Assembly (NCBI GenBank): GCA_037142615.1
Contig: JBAXAI010000013.1
Span: 32,758 to 96,757 of the forward strand
Length of the DNA stretch: 64,000 nucleotides
Direction of reading: 5' to 3'
Source: Spirochaetales bacterium
GTDB taxonomy: Bacteria > Spirochaetota > Spirochaetia > JABEVK01
The translations under genes and the position numbers were made by a program. Shown one piece after another: positions 9,175 to 18,458 of the stretch. Position 1 is the stretch's first letter, and every line of letters begins with the position of its first letter. The notes beneath the pieces are model-generated. The model had not been told where the DNA came from. It did not search any database and was given only the letters and a program-made list of their open reading frames with translations.

Positions 9175-9771
9175 ATGGACTTTCTTGCCACCTTTTTTAT
9201 CTGCTTTATCCCGCTGTTTGTTGCGGTGGACCCCATCGGCGTGATTCCCAACTTCATCGCGCTCACCAACGGACTCGAAAAGTCCAAATTGCGCCGCGTG
9301 CTGATGCAGTCGATGATCACGGCGTTTGCGGTGTCTGTGGTGTTCATGTTCGTGGGCCAGCAACTGCTGGGCTACTTGGGCATCACGGTGGCCGACTTCA
9401 TGATCGCCGGCGGGGCCTTGCTGTTCGTGTTCAGCCTCAAGGACCTGGTGAGCACCGGCCACGAAGAACGCGCCGCGCTCGACGACGGGGTAGGGGCCGT
9501 GCCCATCGGTGTGCCCCTCATCGCCGGCCCCGGCCTGCTGACGACCACACTGGTGATGGTGAATCAATACGGCTATTTTGTTGTGGCGACGGCACTTGTT
9601 GCCAACATTGTGATCGCCGGACTTTGCCTCGCGTTCAGCCAAGCCATCAGCCGCTTTTTGGGCAAGACAGGCACAAAGACCGTAGGCAAGATCGCCAATC
9701 TGCTGCTGGCGGCCATCGCCGTGATGTTCATCCGCAAGGGGTTTGTCGAAATCTGGCAAACGATGAACTAG
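9175..9771 (+). CDS. marC: MarC family membrane protein
   Basis: Motifs VDPIG, FMIAGG and VPIGVPLIAGPG; about 6 TM segments. Confidence 0.92.
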   Translation: MDFLATFFICFIPLFVAVDPIGVIPNFIALTNGLEKSKLRRVLMQSMITAFAVSVVFMFVGQQLLGYLGITVADFMIAGGALLFVFSLKDLVSTGHEERAALDDGVGAVPIGVPLIAGPGLLTTTLVMVNQYGYFVVATALVANIVIAGLCLAFSQAISRFLGKTGTKTVGKIANLLLAAIAVMFIRKGFVEIWQTMN

Positions 9772-9784
9772 GCTGCAGGTCAGG

Positions 9785-10594
9785 CTACTTCGCCTGGGCA
9801 GGCGCCTTGCGCTTCCCCAGCGGCCACAGCACCGCGGCAACCAGAACCAGCGCCAGCAGCAACTGCGGCACAGCAGCCTCAAAGGTCGCAGTCAGGCCGA
9901 ACCAAGCTTGCTCGGGCAGGCCCTTCCACTCGGTGGCAGGCAACCACCCGGTTTCCTGCATCGCGTGCAGGCTTTGACCAAAGATTTTGACCGCGAGAAA
10001 ATAGATCAGCGCTGTCGCGATCGGGAAGAACCACTGGAGCGGTAACCGCCGCGAAAACCCGATCAGCACCACACCGATCACCGCCAGCACCGCAAGCGCG
10101 CCTCCCACGCCCAGCCAAAAGTCGGCCGGACTCAAACCCGCTGCCAAGCCCCAAAAAAAGACGACTGTTTCTCCGCCCTCGCGAAGCACAGAAAGAAAGG
10201 CTAGCAGCCCAAGGCCAAAGAAACTTCCTTTCGCCGCTATGCTCGACATTTGGTCTTTGACGTACTTGTTCCAGTCACGAATCTGGGCTTTGCCGTGCAG
10301 CCACACACCCACCGACAGCATCAAGACGACGGCGACCAAACCCGAAACCGCCTCGACGACGTGCACGGTGAACTCACTGCTCAGGGTTGCGACAAAAGTC
10401 GACACGACACCGGCGATGCCGATGGCGACGGCCAGCCCGAGGCCCGCTCCCGTCCACACCCAGGCTTTTCCACTTTTTTGTTCGGCTTTGTTCAAGAACG
10501 ACACCAGCGCCGCGATCACCAGCAGGGCTTCGAGGCCCTCCCGAAACAGGAGAAAACCGACATCCCACGCCGAATACACCACCGCACCTTCCAT
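9785..10594 (-). CDS. FTR1/EfeU family iron permease
   Basis: Two RExxE motifs (REGLE, REGGE) and about 7 TM segments. Confidence 0.9.
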   Translation of the reverse strand: MEGAVVYSAWDVGFLLFREGLEALLVIAALVSFLNKAEQKSGKAWVWTGAGLGLAVAIGIAGVVSTFVATLSSEFTVHVVEAVSGLVAVVLMLSVGVWLHGKAQIRDWNKYVKDQMSSIAAKGSFFGLGLLAFLSVLREGGETVVFFWGLAAGLSPADFWLGVGGALAVLAVIGVVLIGFSRRLPLQWFFPIATALIYFLAVKIFGQSLHAMQETGWLPATEWKGLPEQAWFGLTATFEAAVPQLLLALVLVAAVLWPLGKRKAPAQAK

Positions 10595-10649
10595 CCTTGA
10601 CCTCCCGATCTTTATGCCCGTAAGTCTATGATAGAAAGAGTCAGGTATG

Positions 10650-11447
10650 TCAAGGGTTGTTTGGCATTAACACGGGCGGTCGTGAGTGCTTGCGGAAGAA
10701 AAGGAACTTGTCGACGGTCGAGATCAGCATGACCACGGCGGTGAAGATTTCCATGCTGGTTACCACCAGCGAGTTTTCCCAGCCAGGCAGGCGGAGGAAG
10801 ACCAGAATCTCGGCCGCGAAGAGAACCATGAGCACAAACAGGCTGGCCTTTCCCAAGAACGTGGTTTCCACAACGCGCTTGTGATGGGTCGCCTGCAGCC
10901 AAGCCAGCCCTCCCACCTGAAATCCCAGCCGAAAGACGATGGTGGCCAGCAGCCAGAGCGGCAGCACGCCGGTGGCGCCGAGCACCAAGGCCAACGAAAA
11001 AACAATGAGGTAATCGGTCGAACTGTCGAGGACCTTGCCGAGTTGGGTACCCCAGCCGAAGGTTCGTGCCAAGAACCCGTCGGCCAGATCGGTGAGGAAG
11101 GCTGTGGCGATGTACACCACCAGCGGAACGGCGAGTTCGGTAAGCTCACGCGCCAACAGGAAAAGCGTCGCCATCACCGGCAGGCTCGTCAAACGGTAGA
11201 GCGTCAACAGGTTGGGAACGCCGATCCGGGCCAGTGGAGTGCCGTCGAGCCGCTTGTGGTCGCCCCGAATGCTCCAAAGCGCGAACAAAAGCACCAGGTG
11301 GTACGCAAGATGAGCCGGTACAAACACCTGAACCACCGAGACCGGCAACTGGTAGGCCCAAACGAACGCTCCAAAAATCAGGCCCTGCAGCAAACCCAGC
11401 AGGACCAGGACGGCCAAGAGGCGCTTTTCGAACGACGTCAAAACCAT
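10650..11447 (-). CDS. CDP-alcohol phosphatidyltransferase family protein
   Basis: PNLLTLYR and the signature TDLADGFLAR...TQLGKVLDSSTD. Confidence 0.9.
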   Translation of the reverse strand: MVLTSFEKRLLAVLVLLGLLQGLIFGAFVWAYQLPVSVVQVFVPAHLAYHLVLLFALWSIRGDHKRLDGTPLARIGVPNLLTLYRLTSLPVMATLFLLARELTELAVPLVVYIATAFLTDLADGFLARTFGWGTQLGKVLDSSTDYLIVFSLALVLGATGVLPLWLLATIVFRLGFQVGGLAWLQATHHKRVVETTFLGKASLFVLMVLFAAEILVFLRLPGWENSLVVTSMEIFTAVVMLISTVDKFLFFRKHSRPPVLMPNNP

Positions 11448-11475
11448 GGAAACACCTTAGTCGGACTGACCTGAG

Positions 11476-11504
11476 TTGACAAGGGGCCACCCGGGGGTTA
11501 GGCT
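11476..11504 (+). promoter_or_regulatory. sigma70 promoter of pgsA, probably leaderless
   Basis: TTGACA (11476-81), 17 nt spacer, TAGGCT (11499-11504). ATG follows 6 nt later with no SD. Confidence 0.7.
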
Positions 11505-11510
11505 TTTCCT

Positions 11511-12071
11511 ATGGGCTGGGCCAATCGCATCACGCTTTTCCGCATCGCACTGGCTCCCGTCTTTGCTGCCCTGTTCAGCGCCCTCGGTGTCTTTCCCACG
11601 CAAAAAGTTACCTTGCTTGCTGCCCTTTGGCTGGTCTTTCTGATTTCGGAGAGTTCCGACGTTGTGGATGGCTGGGTGGCGCGCAAGTTTGGCGAAACCA
11701 GCGACCTCGGCAAGCTTCTCGACCCTTTTTCCGACGTTCTCAGCCGCCTGACCTTGTTCCTTTGTTTTCTCCTGGTCGGCTGTGTACCGCTCTGGTTCTT
11801 TCTCGTGGTCCTCTACCGGGAGCTTTCCATGACGTTTTTAAGAACCCTCCTGATGCAAAAGGGGGTTGTCCAGGCGGCCTCTTCTGGGGGCAAGACCAAA
11901 GCGGTGCTTTATTTCCTGGTGTCGCTGGTGGGGATGTTGGCGCTGGTTGACCCCGTTTGGGCGACCCAGCTTTGGTGGTTCTGGGGCTATCAGGTGTTGC
12001 TTGTTGCCGCCGCCGCTGTCTCGCTGTTCAGCTTTTGGCAATATTTTCAGATCTACCGGAAGGCCACATGA
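11511..12071 (+). CDS. pgsA: CDP-diacylglycerol--glycerol-3-phosphate 3-phosphatidyltransferase
   Basis: Motifs ANRITLFR, SDVVDGWVAR...SDLGKLLDPFSD, RE and GKTK. Confidence 0.85.
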   Translation: MGWANRITLFRIALAPVFAALFSALGVFPTQKVTLLAALWLVFLISESSDVVDGWVARKFGETSDLGKLLDPFSDVLSRLTLFLCFLLVGCVPLWFFLVVLYRELSMTFLRTLLMQKGVVQAASSGGKTKAVLYFLVSLVGMLALVDPVWATQLWWFWGYQVLLVAAAAVSLFSFWQYFQIYRKAT

Positions 12072-12805
12072 CATTAACCCTCGACGCCATTGCTTCCCGG
12101 TTGGCCGGGCTCGAAGAGACCCTGATCTACAAACTGCTCGATCGTGCGCAGTTTGCCACCAACGCCGAAGCTTACGTCCCGGCCAAAAGTGGCTTTGCCC
12201 CTGTCGAAGCCAGCAGCCTGTTTGAACTGCGCCTCTACCATCAGGAAAAACTCGACGCCAAGTTCGGTCGCTACCTGATTCCCGAAGAGCGGCCGTTCTA
12301 CCTGGGCCTTCCCAAGCCGCGGCGCTTGCCACCGCAGGGAAGGTGGCCTTTTCCGTTGCAGGATCTCGAGACCGTCAACGTGACCGGCGCTATCCGCGAG
12401 GGTTACCTGGGGTTGCTGGGTCAGCTTTGCGGCACCGGCGACGACGGTCAGTGGGGCTCGGCCGTCGAGCACGATGTGATCTGTTTGCAGGCCTTGGCGC
12501 GGCGCATCCATTTCGGCGCCTTGTTCGTGGGTGAAAGCAAGTTCAACGAGGACCCCGACAAGTTCCGGCGCTTGGTCGATACCGGCGACGACGACGGGCT
12601 GATGGCCGCTATCACCCGGGCCGAGGTCGAGGAAAGGGTGCTCGCCCGCGTTCGGGCCAAGGTGGTCGCCGTGCAATCGGTGTCGGACCCCGGTCTGAGG
12701 CGCCTGGTGGAGCCTGAGTTGCTCGTTGGTTGCTTCCGCGATGTGATTATTCCGCTGACAAAGGAGGGCGAAATCCGCTTCCTTCATCAGCGGGTGCTGC
12801 TGTAG
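12068..12805 (+). CDS. Chorismate mutase of the yeast/plant (ARO7-like) type
   Basis: Motifs LEETLIYKLLDRAQF, GRYxxPEERPF, LQALARRIHFG...ESKF, EVEERVL and IIPLTKEGE match the ARO7 pattern. ATGA overlap with pgsA. Confidence 0.87.
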   Translation: MTLTLDAIASRLAGLEETLIYKLLDRAQFATNAEAYVPAKSGFAPVEASSLFELRLYHQEKLDAKFGRYLIPEERPFYLGLPKPRRLPPQGRWPFPLQDLETVNVTGAIREGYLGLLGQLCGTGDDGQWGSAVEHDVICLQALARRIHFGALFVGESKFNEDPDKFRRLVDTGDDDGLMAAITRAEVEERVLARVRAKVVAVQSVSDPGLRRLVEPELLVGCFRDVIIPLTKEGEIRFLHQRVLL

Positions 12806-12810
12806 CCGCG

Positions 12811-13392
12811 TTAGTCCTTGAAGGCTCCCCACGAAAATCTGAGCCCGTATTCGGGATACCATTTCGATACAAAACCGTCCCCGGTTCCCACCGTGGCCAT
12901 GGCCACCAGGCTGCCTACGGCGCCGACTTTGAACCAAGGAAACAACAAGATTCCCAATTCGGCATCGACAGCTCCCAGCACCGAGAATCCGGCGTTGTGA
13001 ACCGGGCGGGAGGAGCCGGGTGCCGTCGTCACCCAGTCGAGGCCGCCGGCGCCGAGCCGGAAGTCGCCCATGAACTGGATCAACCGGAAGTCAACCAAGA
13101 GTCCGCGCATCACGCCGCCGAAGCCTCCATAGAGTGCCGTCACCGGATCGGTGAGCCCCGAGGCGGTGGCCGTCAACCGGGTCGAGAACAGGCCCACGCC
13201 GAAGCCGCCGATCAGGCCGTTTTCCGCGTCGCCTCCGTAACCCTGGCTGGTAATGGTGTTCAACACCCCCACGGGAACCTCAAGGTACGAATTGGGCAGG
13301 GGATTCGAATACTGGACCGAGCCGGCGCCTCCGGCAAAAACCGGAAAAGAAACCACAGACGCGAGGATGAGTAGGGCAACAGCTCGAAACAT
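12811..13392 (-). CDS. Exported hypothetical protein, possible outer-membrane beta-barrel
   Basis: AGGAG SD, signal peptide, Gly-rich amphipathic strands and C-terminal YGLRFSWG. Confidence 0.6.
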   Translation of the reverse strand: MFRAVALLILASVVSFPVFAGGAGSVQYSNPLPNSYLEVPVGVLNTITSQGYGGDAENGLIGGFGVGLFSTRLTATASGLTDPVTALYGGFGGVMRGLLVDFRLIQFMGDFRLGAGGLDWVTTAPGSSRPVHNAGFSVLGAVDAELGILLFPWFKVGAVGSLVAMATVGTGDGFVSKWYPEYGLRFSWGAFKD

Positions 13393-13472
13393 AGGAACTC
13401 CTTATGCGAACCAACATAGTCCAATCCTCTCAACCTTTCCAGACAGGCACCGACAATCAAAGGGGAGAAGCC

Positions 13473-14090
13473 ATGCAGCTACGCTACAACGCCCCGGTGA
13501 CCTTCAGTTTTGCCCTCATCTGTGTGCTCGTCATGCTTCTCGACCAGTACGTGTTCCCCGGCTTTGTCGGCGCCTACCTCAGCGCGCCGGGGGCCGACTT
13601 CAACCCCACGTCGCCCGCCCACTACTTCGCCATTCTTCTGTACGTCTTCGGCCACGAAAGCTGGACCCACTTGGGCAACAACTTCCTGTTCCTTTTGTTG
13701 CTTGGTCCGATCCTGGAAGAAAAATACGCCCCCAAGCCGTTCCTGATGATGCTGCTCACCACGACCATCGTGACGGGCATTTTCAACATTCTGCTCAAAC
13801 AGCCACCGCTGGTGGGCGCGAGCAGCCTGGTGTTCATGATGATCATGCTGGTGAGTTTCGCGCGGACCAAGGCCGGCGACGTGCCGGTCAGCTTCATCCT
13901 GATCTTTGTGCTGTTCCTGCTGGCGGAACTCACGCGGGGCGCCCAAAACAGCAACCCCGCCGTGTCGAACCTCGCCCACATCATCGGGGGCGTGTGCGGC
14001 ACCATCTTCGGCTTTTTGAAGATGGCTGCCGGAGCCCAGGAAGCAGCGCCGGCGGGACCGCCCCCCGGCTCACCGCCTCCCCGAAGCTGA
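13473..14090 (+). CDS. Rhomboid family intramembrane serine protease
   Basis: Motifs HxxxxHLxxN, GASS (catalytic Ser) and AHIIGG (catalytic His). GGGGAG SD before ATG 13473. Confidence 0.9.
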   Translation: MQLRYNAPVTFSFALICVLVMLLDQYVFPGFVGAYLSAPGADFNPTSPAHYFAILLYVFGHESWTHLGNNFLFLLLLGPILEEKYAPKPFLMMLLTTTIVTGIFNILLKQPPLVGASSLVFMMIMLVSFARTKAGDVPVSFILIFVLFLLAELTRGAQNSNPAVSNLAHIIGGVCGTIFGFLKMAAGAQEAAPAGPPPGSPPPRS

Positions 14091-14101
14091 AGCGCCCCAA
14101 A

Positions 14102-16264
14102 CTACGGCTTCAGCGTTCTCCACACGATTCCTGCACCCGCGCCAGCATCGTCGTACATCCGCACGAACTTGGCCGAATCGGGGGCCGACGGGCTGTTTGA
14201 CACGATCCAGAACTTGACGGGCGCAGGCCCGGCAGCCGGCGCCAAGCCCACCTCAACCACGCCGTAGTTCATTTCGGCGACAGACTTGAGCGACTGCGCC
14301 GTATGGTTGCCAATGTTCGTTTTGCCTGCCAGCAGCGAGAAGATGCTGTACGAGCTCTGCGCCGTGTCGTCCTGGTTGCCGATGCCCGACGAGACGAACT
14401 CTTCAATGCGCGCCCCGTTTGGACCGGTGACGCGGTTGAGCATGCCCACGTGCACGTCGCCACCGAGGGCGAACATGCGGCCTCCGGTGGAAGCTTCCCA
14501 CGCCGCCGTCTGGTCGAGCAGGTTGGCCACCTCGGGGCGGGAACCCTGCCACTTCAGTTTGTCGCGGAAGTCGTCACCCAGCCCCAGCGAACGCGGGCCC
14601 GAGCGCTCGTAGCTCAGCCAGTCGACAACCCAGCCAGCAGTATCGCCCAGCGGCACTTCGAGCCCCAGAAAAGCCGTGGGAGCCTTGCCCAGGCTTTGGT
14701 ACCACGCGTCGATGGCCTTGGCCTGCGCCGCGCCCAGAATCGGGTGCTGGTCGGGAGCCTTGCCCACATCGCGCTGACCACGGAGGTCGGGCACAAAGAA
14801 GGCCGTTTTGCCGAAGCGGAAGTCGAACCAGCCCAAGCCTTGGCCGGCAGGCAACTCCACCCGCGGGGCGCTGAACGCCTGGAACTCGCGGTTAACCGAC
14901 TCGGCCACCTTGCCCACCCACTCCACCGGCGGGTCCGTGCGGTCCTCGGCCACCGAGCCCCAGCCGTCGCGGATCTCGTGGTCGTCCCACATCATGAGGC
15001 TGGGAACCGAGGCGAGCACCTTTCGCATCGAAGGGTGGTTCCAGAAGCGCACGTAGTTGTCGCGGTAGAGCTGGCGCGCCTTGGCTTCTTGCACCTTCAA
15101 GGCAGCCGGGTCGTCCTTGATCTGGACCCATTGCTCTGGCGAGGGCAGGGCGCCGAAGAACTGCTTGTCGTTGTACAGCTGGTCGCCCAGCAGCAGCAGG
15201 AAGTCAACGTGCTCGCTCTGGCTTTGGCGGGCCAGCGTTTCCCACAGCACGAAGCGTTCCTTGAGCACGACGCCGCCGTAATAGTCGTTCGGGTCTTCCG
15301 AAAGCGGCTTGTGGCAACTGGCGAAAGCAAACCGCAGCGCCGTGTCGGTGCCGTCGGCCGGGAAGGTCGTGAACGAGCACCAGGGCAACAGCGCCGTGGC
15401 GACCAGGCTCTTGCCGCCCGCATCGACGATGTCGTAGGTGTATTTGGTAGCTGGAGTTAAGCCAGTGATCAGGGTGGAACCGGTGCCATCGGCGGCAGCC
15501 GTCATCGTCAGCGGCACGCGGGCGGCCTCCTTGCCATCGGGGCCCTTGACCACCACGGTGCCTTGGGTGTCGGCGGCGGCCAACGCCCAAACCGCCATAT
15601 GATCGGAACCCGGGTTGCCCAGGACCGGACCGAGCACCAGCGAGCCGTCGAGCGTGGCATCCTGCCAGGCTGCGTCAGCCTTGGCCACCGGAGTGCCTTC
15701 CACGCCGGCAAAGTTGCCGTCGGCCGGGGTCAGGTTGGGGCTGAGAAACTGGTCATAAACAAACAGGGCCCCCAAGGCCAGCCCGACCACCAGGCCTGCC
15801 CACGACGCGACCAGCACGAAGGCTTCGACCAGCGAGGCGAAACCCAACACCATCAGCAGAATCTGGTACTCGGTGCTGTAGGTGGTGGCCTTGGACCACA
15901 GGGGTTCCAGCGTGACCAGCAGGGGGAGCACGACGAGCGCGGTGCGGAAGACCATGGCCGTAGGGCGGGAATGCCGGCCCACCGTGTCGGACTTGCGCCG
16001 GGCGACCCAGAGGTCGGCCGCTTCCTGCAGGGCCAGGAAAACGAAAAACACCCAGCCGAAGCCGTGGAACAGCAAGAGGCCCAGAGCCAGGGACCAAGGG
16101 GCCAACCGGGAAGCCAGCCGAGCGGTGGGGCCTTCGGGCAACACCCATTCGGCCAGAATCCATAAGATCAGCCACACGGCCGATGCGATCAGGTTTACCA
16201 GTCCAACTTCCCAGACCAAGCCGGCCGCGGCCACAACCAGCAGCCAGCGCAGAATATCCACCAT
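14102..16264 (-). CDS. phoD: PhoD-family phosphatase with N-terminal multi-TM region
   Basis: Motifs FASC, LLGDQLYND, MWDDHEI, PDLRGQR and GGDVH. The first ~170 aa are hydrophobic helices. Confidence 0.85.
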   Translation of the reverse strand: MVDILRWLLVVAAAGLVWEVGLVNLIASAVWLILWILAEWVLPEGPTARLASRLAPWSLALGLLLFHGFGWVFFVFLALQEAADLWVARRKSDTVGRHSRPTAMVFRTALVVLPLLVTLEPLWSKATTYSTEYQILLMVLGFASLVEAFVLVASWAGLVVGLALGALFVYDQFLSPNLTPADGNFAGVEGTPVAKADAAWQDATLDGSLVLGPVLGNPGSDHMAVWALAAADTQGTVVVKGPDGKEAARVPLTMTAAADGTGSTLITGLTPATKYTYDIVDAGGKSLVATALLPWCSFTTFPADGTDTALRFAFASCHKPLSEDPNDYYGGVVLKERFVLWETLARQSQSEHVDFLLLLGDQLYNDKQFFGALPSPEQWVQIKDDPAALKVQEAKARQLYRDNYVRFWNHPSMRKVLASVPSLMMWDDHEIRDGWGSVAEDRTDPPVEWVGKVAESVNREFQAFSAPRVELPAGQGLGWFDFRFGKTAFFVPDLRGQRDVGKAPDQHPILGAAQAKAIDAWYQSLGKAPTAFLGLEVPLGDTAGWVVDWLSYERSGPRSLGLGDDFRDKLKWQGSRPEVANLLDQTAAWEASTGGRMFALGGDVHVGMLNRVTGPNGARIEEFVSSGIGNQDDTAQSSYSIFSLLAGKTNIGNHTAQSLKSVAEMNYGVVEVGLAPAAGPAPVKFWIVSNSPSAPDSAKFVRMYDDAGAGAGIVWRTLKP

Positions 16265-16341
16265 ACAACCTCCCGGGACCCTTGGTCCGTCCTTGTATTC
16301 TGGACGCGAGGCGGGAATTCGGCAAGCTGAACCGGAGTTTC

Positions 16342-17292
16342 TTACTGGTAACTAATATAGACAGGTCGGGGCGTCAAGCTCATCACCTGCGCCGGGGTCA
16401 GCAACGGGATATCCATGCCGTTGGTCTTCCAACTCTTGCTCAGAAACAGTTTGAAGCCTTTCACCGGTAGATTCTTCATGCCGGCCAGGAACTTGTAGGT
16501 GTCGAGCTTGAGCTGTGGCGGCCCGAACCCGTCGGCGTGGTGCACCAAATCGACCAGCGGAAAGTCGGCGCGCACCGCCTCGCGGTTCGAAATCATCTTG
16601 GCGTGGAACTGATGCAGGATGAGCATGCGCTTGCCCGGCAGTTGGTTCTGCTCCAGGTAGTCGTTCATCATCTGCTCGGCCTTGTTGACGTCGTCGGCAC
16701 GGATGGTCCCCAGTTCTACGCCCGGGTTGGGGGTCTTCCACTCCGGGTCGATGGCCAGGTGGACGTTGGGGTAGGCGAGCCAGCGAAGCATGGTCTTCAT
16801 CGCCGCCTCGATGCTGTACTTGCCCAGTTGGTGATCCAGGATGACCACCATGTCGTTCTTGGCAGCAAACTCGATGTACTTCAGTACGGTTGCGTCGGTG
16901 AGCATGCCTACGTTGGCGTCGGGATAGCACGTGGCGTAGATCAGATGGAATGCCGGTACCACCTTGACACCGTCCGAAACGGCCTCCCAAGTCTTCACCG
17001 TGGCATCGAGCTGGAGTTTCGTCGCCTCGATGCTCTGTTCACCTAGAATGCCCATCTTGCGGCTGGAAGGTTGGCCATAGAAGGCGACCACCATCTGGCC
17101 GTCGAGCACGCTGGCCGGGTGAAACAGCCGGTTCCAGTCGTCCACCCACGCAGGCAGACCCTTGCGCGGGGGGGTGGCATGTTGGGCGTCTTCTACCAGC
17201 AGAGGGCTGCGAGGGTCGGCATTTTGCGACAAAAGAAGGGGTGAGGCCAGCAGCAGGCCGGTCAGGACGAGCAGGGTGCGGAGAAGGCGCAT
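16342..17292 (-). CDS. Exported conserved hypothetical protein, possible TIM barrel
   Basis: Signal peptide, plus VAFYG, LDHQLG, VHLAIDPEW, HQF, HADGFG and GFKLF. Function unknown. Confidence 0.65.
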   Translation of the reverse strand: MRLLRTLLVLTGLLLASPLLLSQNADPRSPLLVEDAQHATPPRKGLPAWVDDWNRLFHPASVLDGQMVVAFYGQPSSRKMGILGEQSIEATKLQLDATVKTWEAVSDGVKVVPAFHLIYATCYPDANVGMLTDATVLKYIEFAAKNDMVVILDHQLGKYSIEAAMKTMLRWLAYPNVHLAIDPEWKTPNPGVELGTIRADDVNKAEQMMNDYLEQNQLPGKRMLILHQFHAKMISNREAVRADFPLVDLVHHADGFGPPQLKLDTYKFLAGMKNLPVKGFKLFLSKSWKTNGMDIPLLTPAQVMSLTPRPVYISYQ

Positions 17293-17390
17293 AAAGACTC
17301 CCGGATTGGACTGTCTAGATCATCGGCGCGAGGGGGGTCAAATCTTCACCCAAACCCGGATTTCCTCTACAATGGCACCCCGAGGCCCCC

Positions 17391-18458
17391 ATGACCGACA
17401 AGCTAGAAGCCCGTGAACGCCGCTACCAAGAGGTCGAGAAGCTCCTTTCTGACCCCGGCGTCACCACTGACCAGAAACGCTACCGCGAACTCAGCCAGGA
17501 GTTTGCCGACTTGTCCGAGATCGTGCAGGCCTGGCGGGCGCACCAGAAGCTGGCGAACGACCTGCAGGATGCCCTCGACCTGGTCGACGCGGAGTCCGAC
17601 GTCGAGATGAAGGCGATGGCGCGCGAAGAGGCCAAGACGCTCGAAAAGGCCCTCGAAGACAGCGAAGGCGCGCTCAAGAGCCTGCTGATGCCGCGTGACC
17701 CCCTCGACGCCAAGAACATCATCATGGAAATCCGGGCCGGCACCGGCGGCGAGGAAGCGGCCCTGTTTGCCGGCGACCTGTACCGGATGTACACCCGCTT
17801 TGCCGAAGTCAAACGCTGGAAGTGCGAGGTGCTCGAGGCCAACCAGAGCGACTTGGGCGGCTTCAAAGAAGTGATCTTCAGCATCAGCGGCAAAGGCGTT
17901 TACGGGCAGATGCGCTACGAATCGGGCGGTCACCGCGTGCAGCGCGTGCCGGTCACTGAGGCCAATGGTCGCATCCAGACCTCAGCCGCCACGGTGGCGG
18001 TGCTCCCCGAGGCCGAAGAAACCGACGTCGTGATCAACGACCGCGACCTCAAGATCGATGTGTTTCGCTCGTCGGGCCCCGGCGGCCAGTCGGTCAACAC
18101 GACCGACTCCGCCGTGCGCATCACCCACCTTCCCACGGGCACGGTCGTCACCTGCCAAGATGAAAAGTCGCAGCTCAAGAACAAGGTGAAGGCCATGAAG
18201 GTGTTGCGCTCGCGCATCCTCGAGGCCGAGGCCCAGAAGGCGGCTGCCGCGATGTCAGCGCTCCGCAAGGACCAGGTGGGTTCGGGTGACCGCAGCGACC
18301 GCATCCGCACCTACAATTTTCCGCAGAACCGGCTGACCGACCACCGTGTGAACCTGACGCTTTACAACCTGGACCGCGTCATGGACGGCAGCCTCGACGA
18401 GATCATCGACGCGCTCAAGATCGACGCGCAGAGCGCCCTGCTGCAAGAGGCGACTTGA
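17391..18458 (+). CDS. prfA: Peptide chain release factor 1
   Basis: GGQ motif, PVT specificity tripeptide (RVPVTE), EIRAGTGGEEA and IRTYNF. Confidence 0.97.
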   Translation: MTDKLEARERRYQEVEKLLSDPGVTTDQKRYRELSQEFADLSEIVQAWRAHQKLANDLQDALDLVDAESDVEMKAMAREEAKTLEKALEDSEGALKSLLMPRDPLDAKNIIMEIRAGTGGEEAALFAGDLYRMYTRFAEVKRWKCEVLEANQSDLGGFKEVIFSISGKGVYGQMRYESGGHRVQRVPVTEANGRIQTSAATVAVLPEAEETDVVINDRDLKIDVFRSSGPGGQSVNTTDSAVRITHLPTGTVVTCQDEKSQLKNKVKAMKVLRSRILEAEAQKAAAAMSALRKDQVGSGDRSDRIRTYNFPQNRLTDHRVNLTLYNLDRVMDGSLDEIIDALKIDAQSALLQEAT

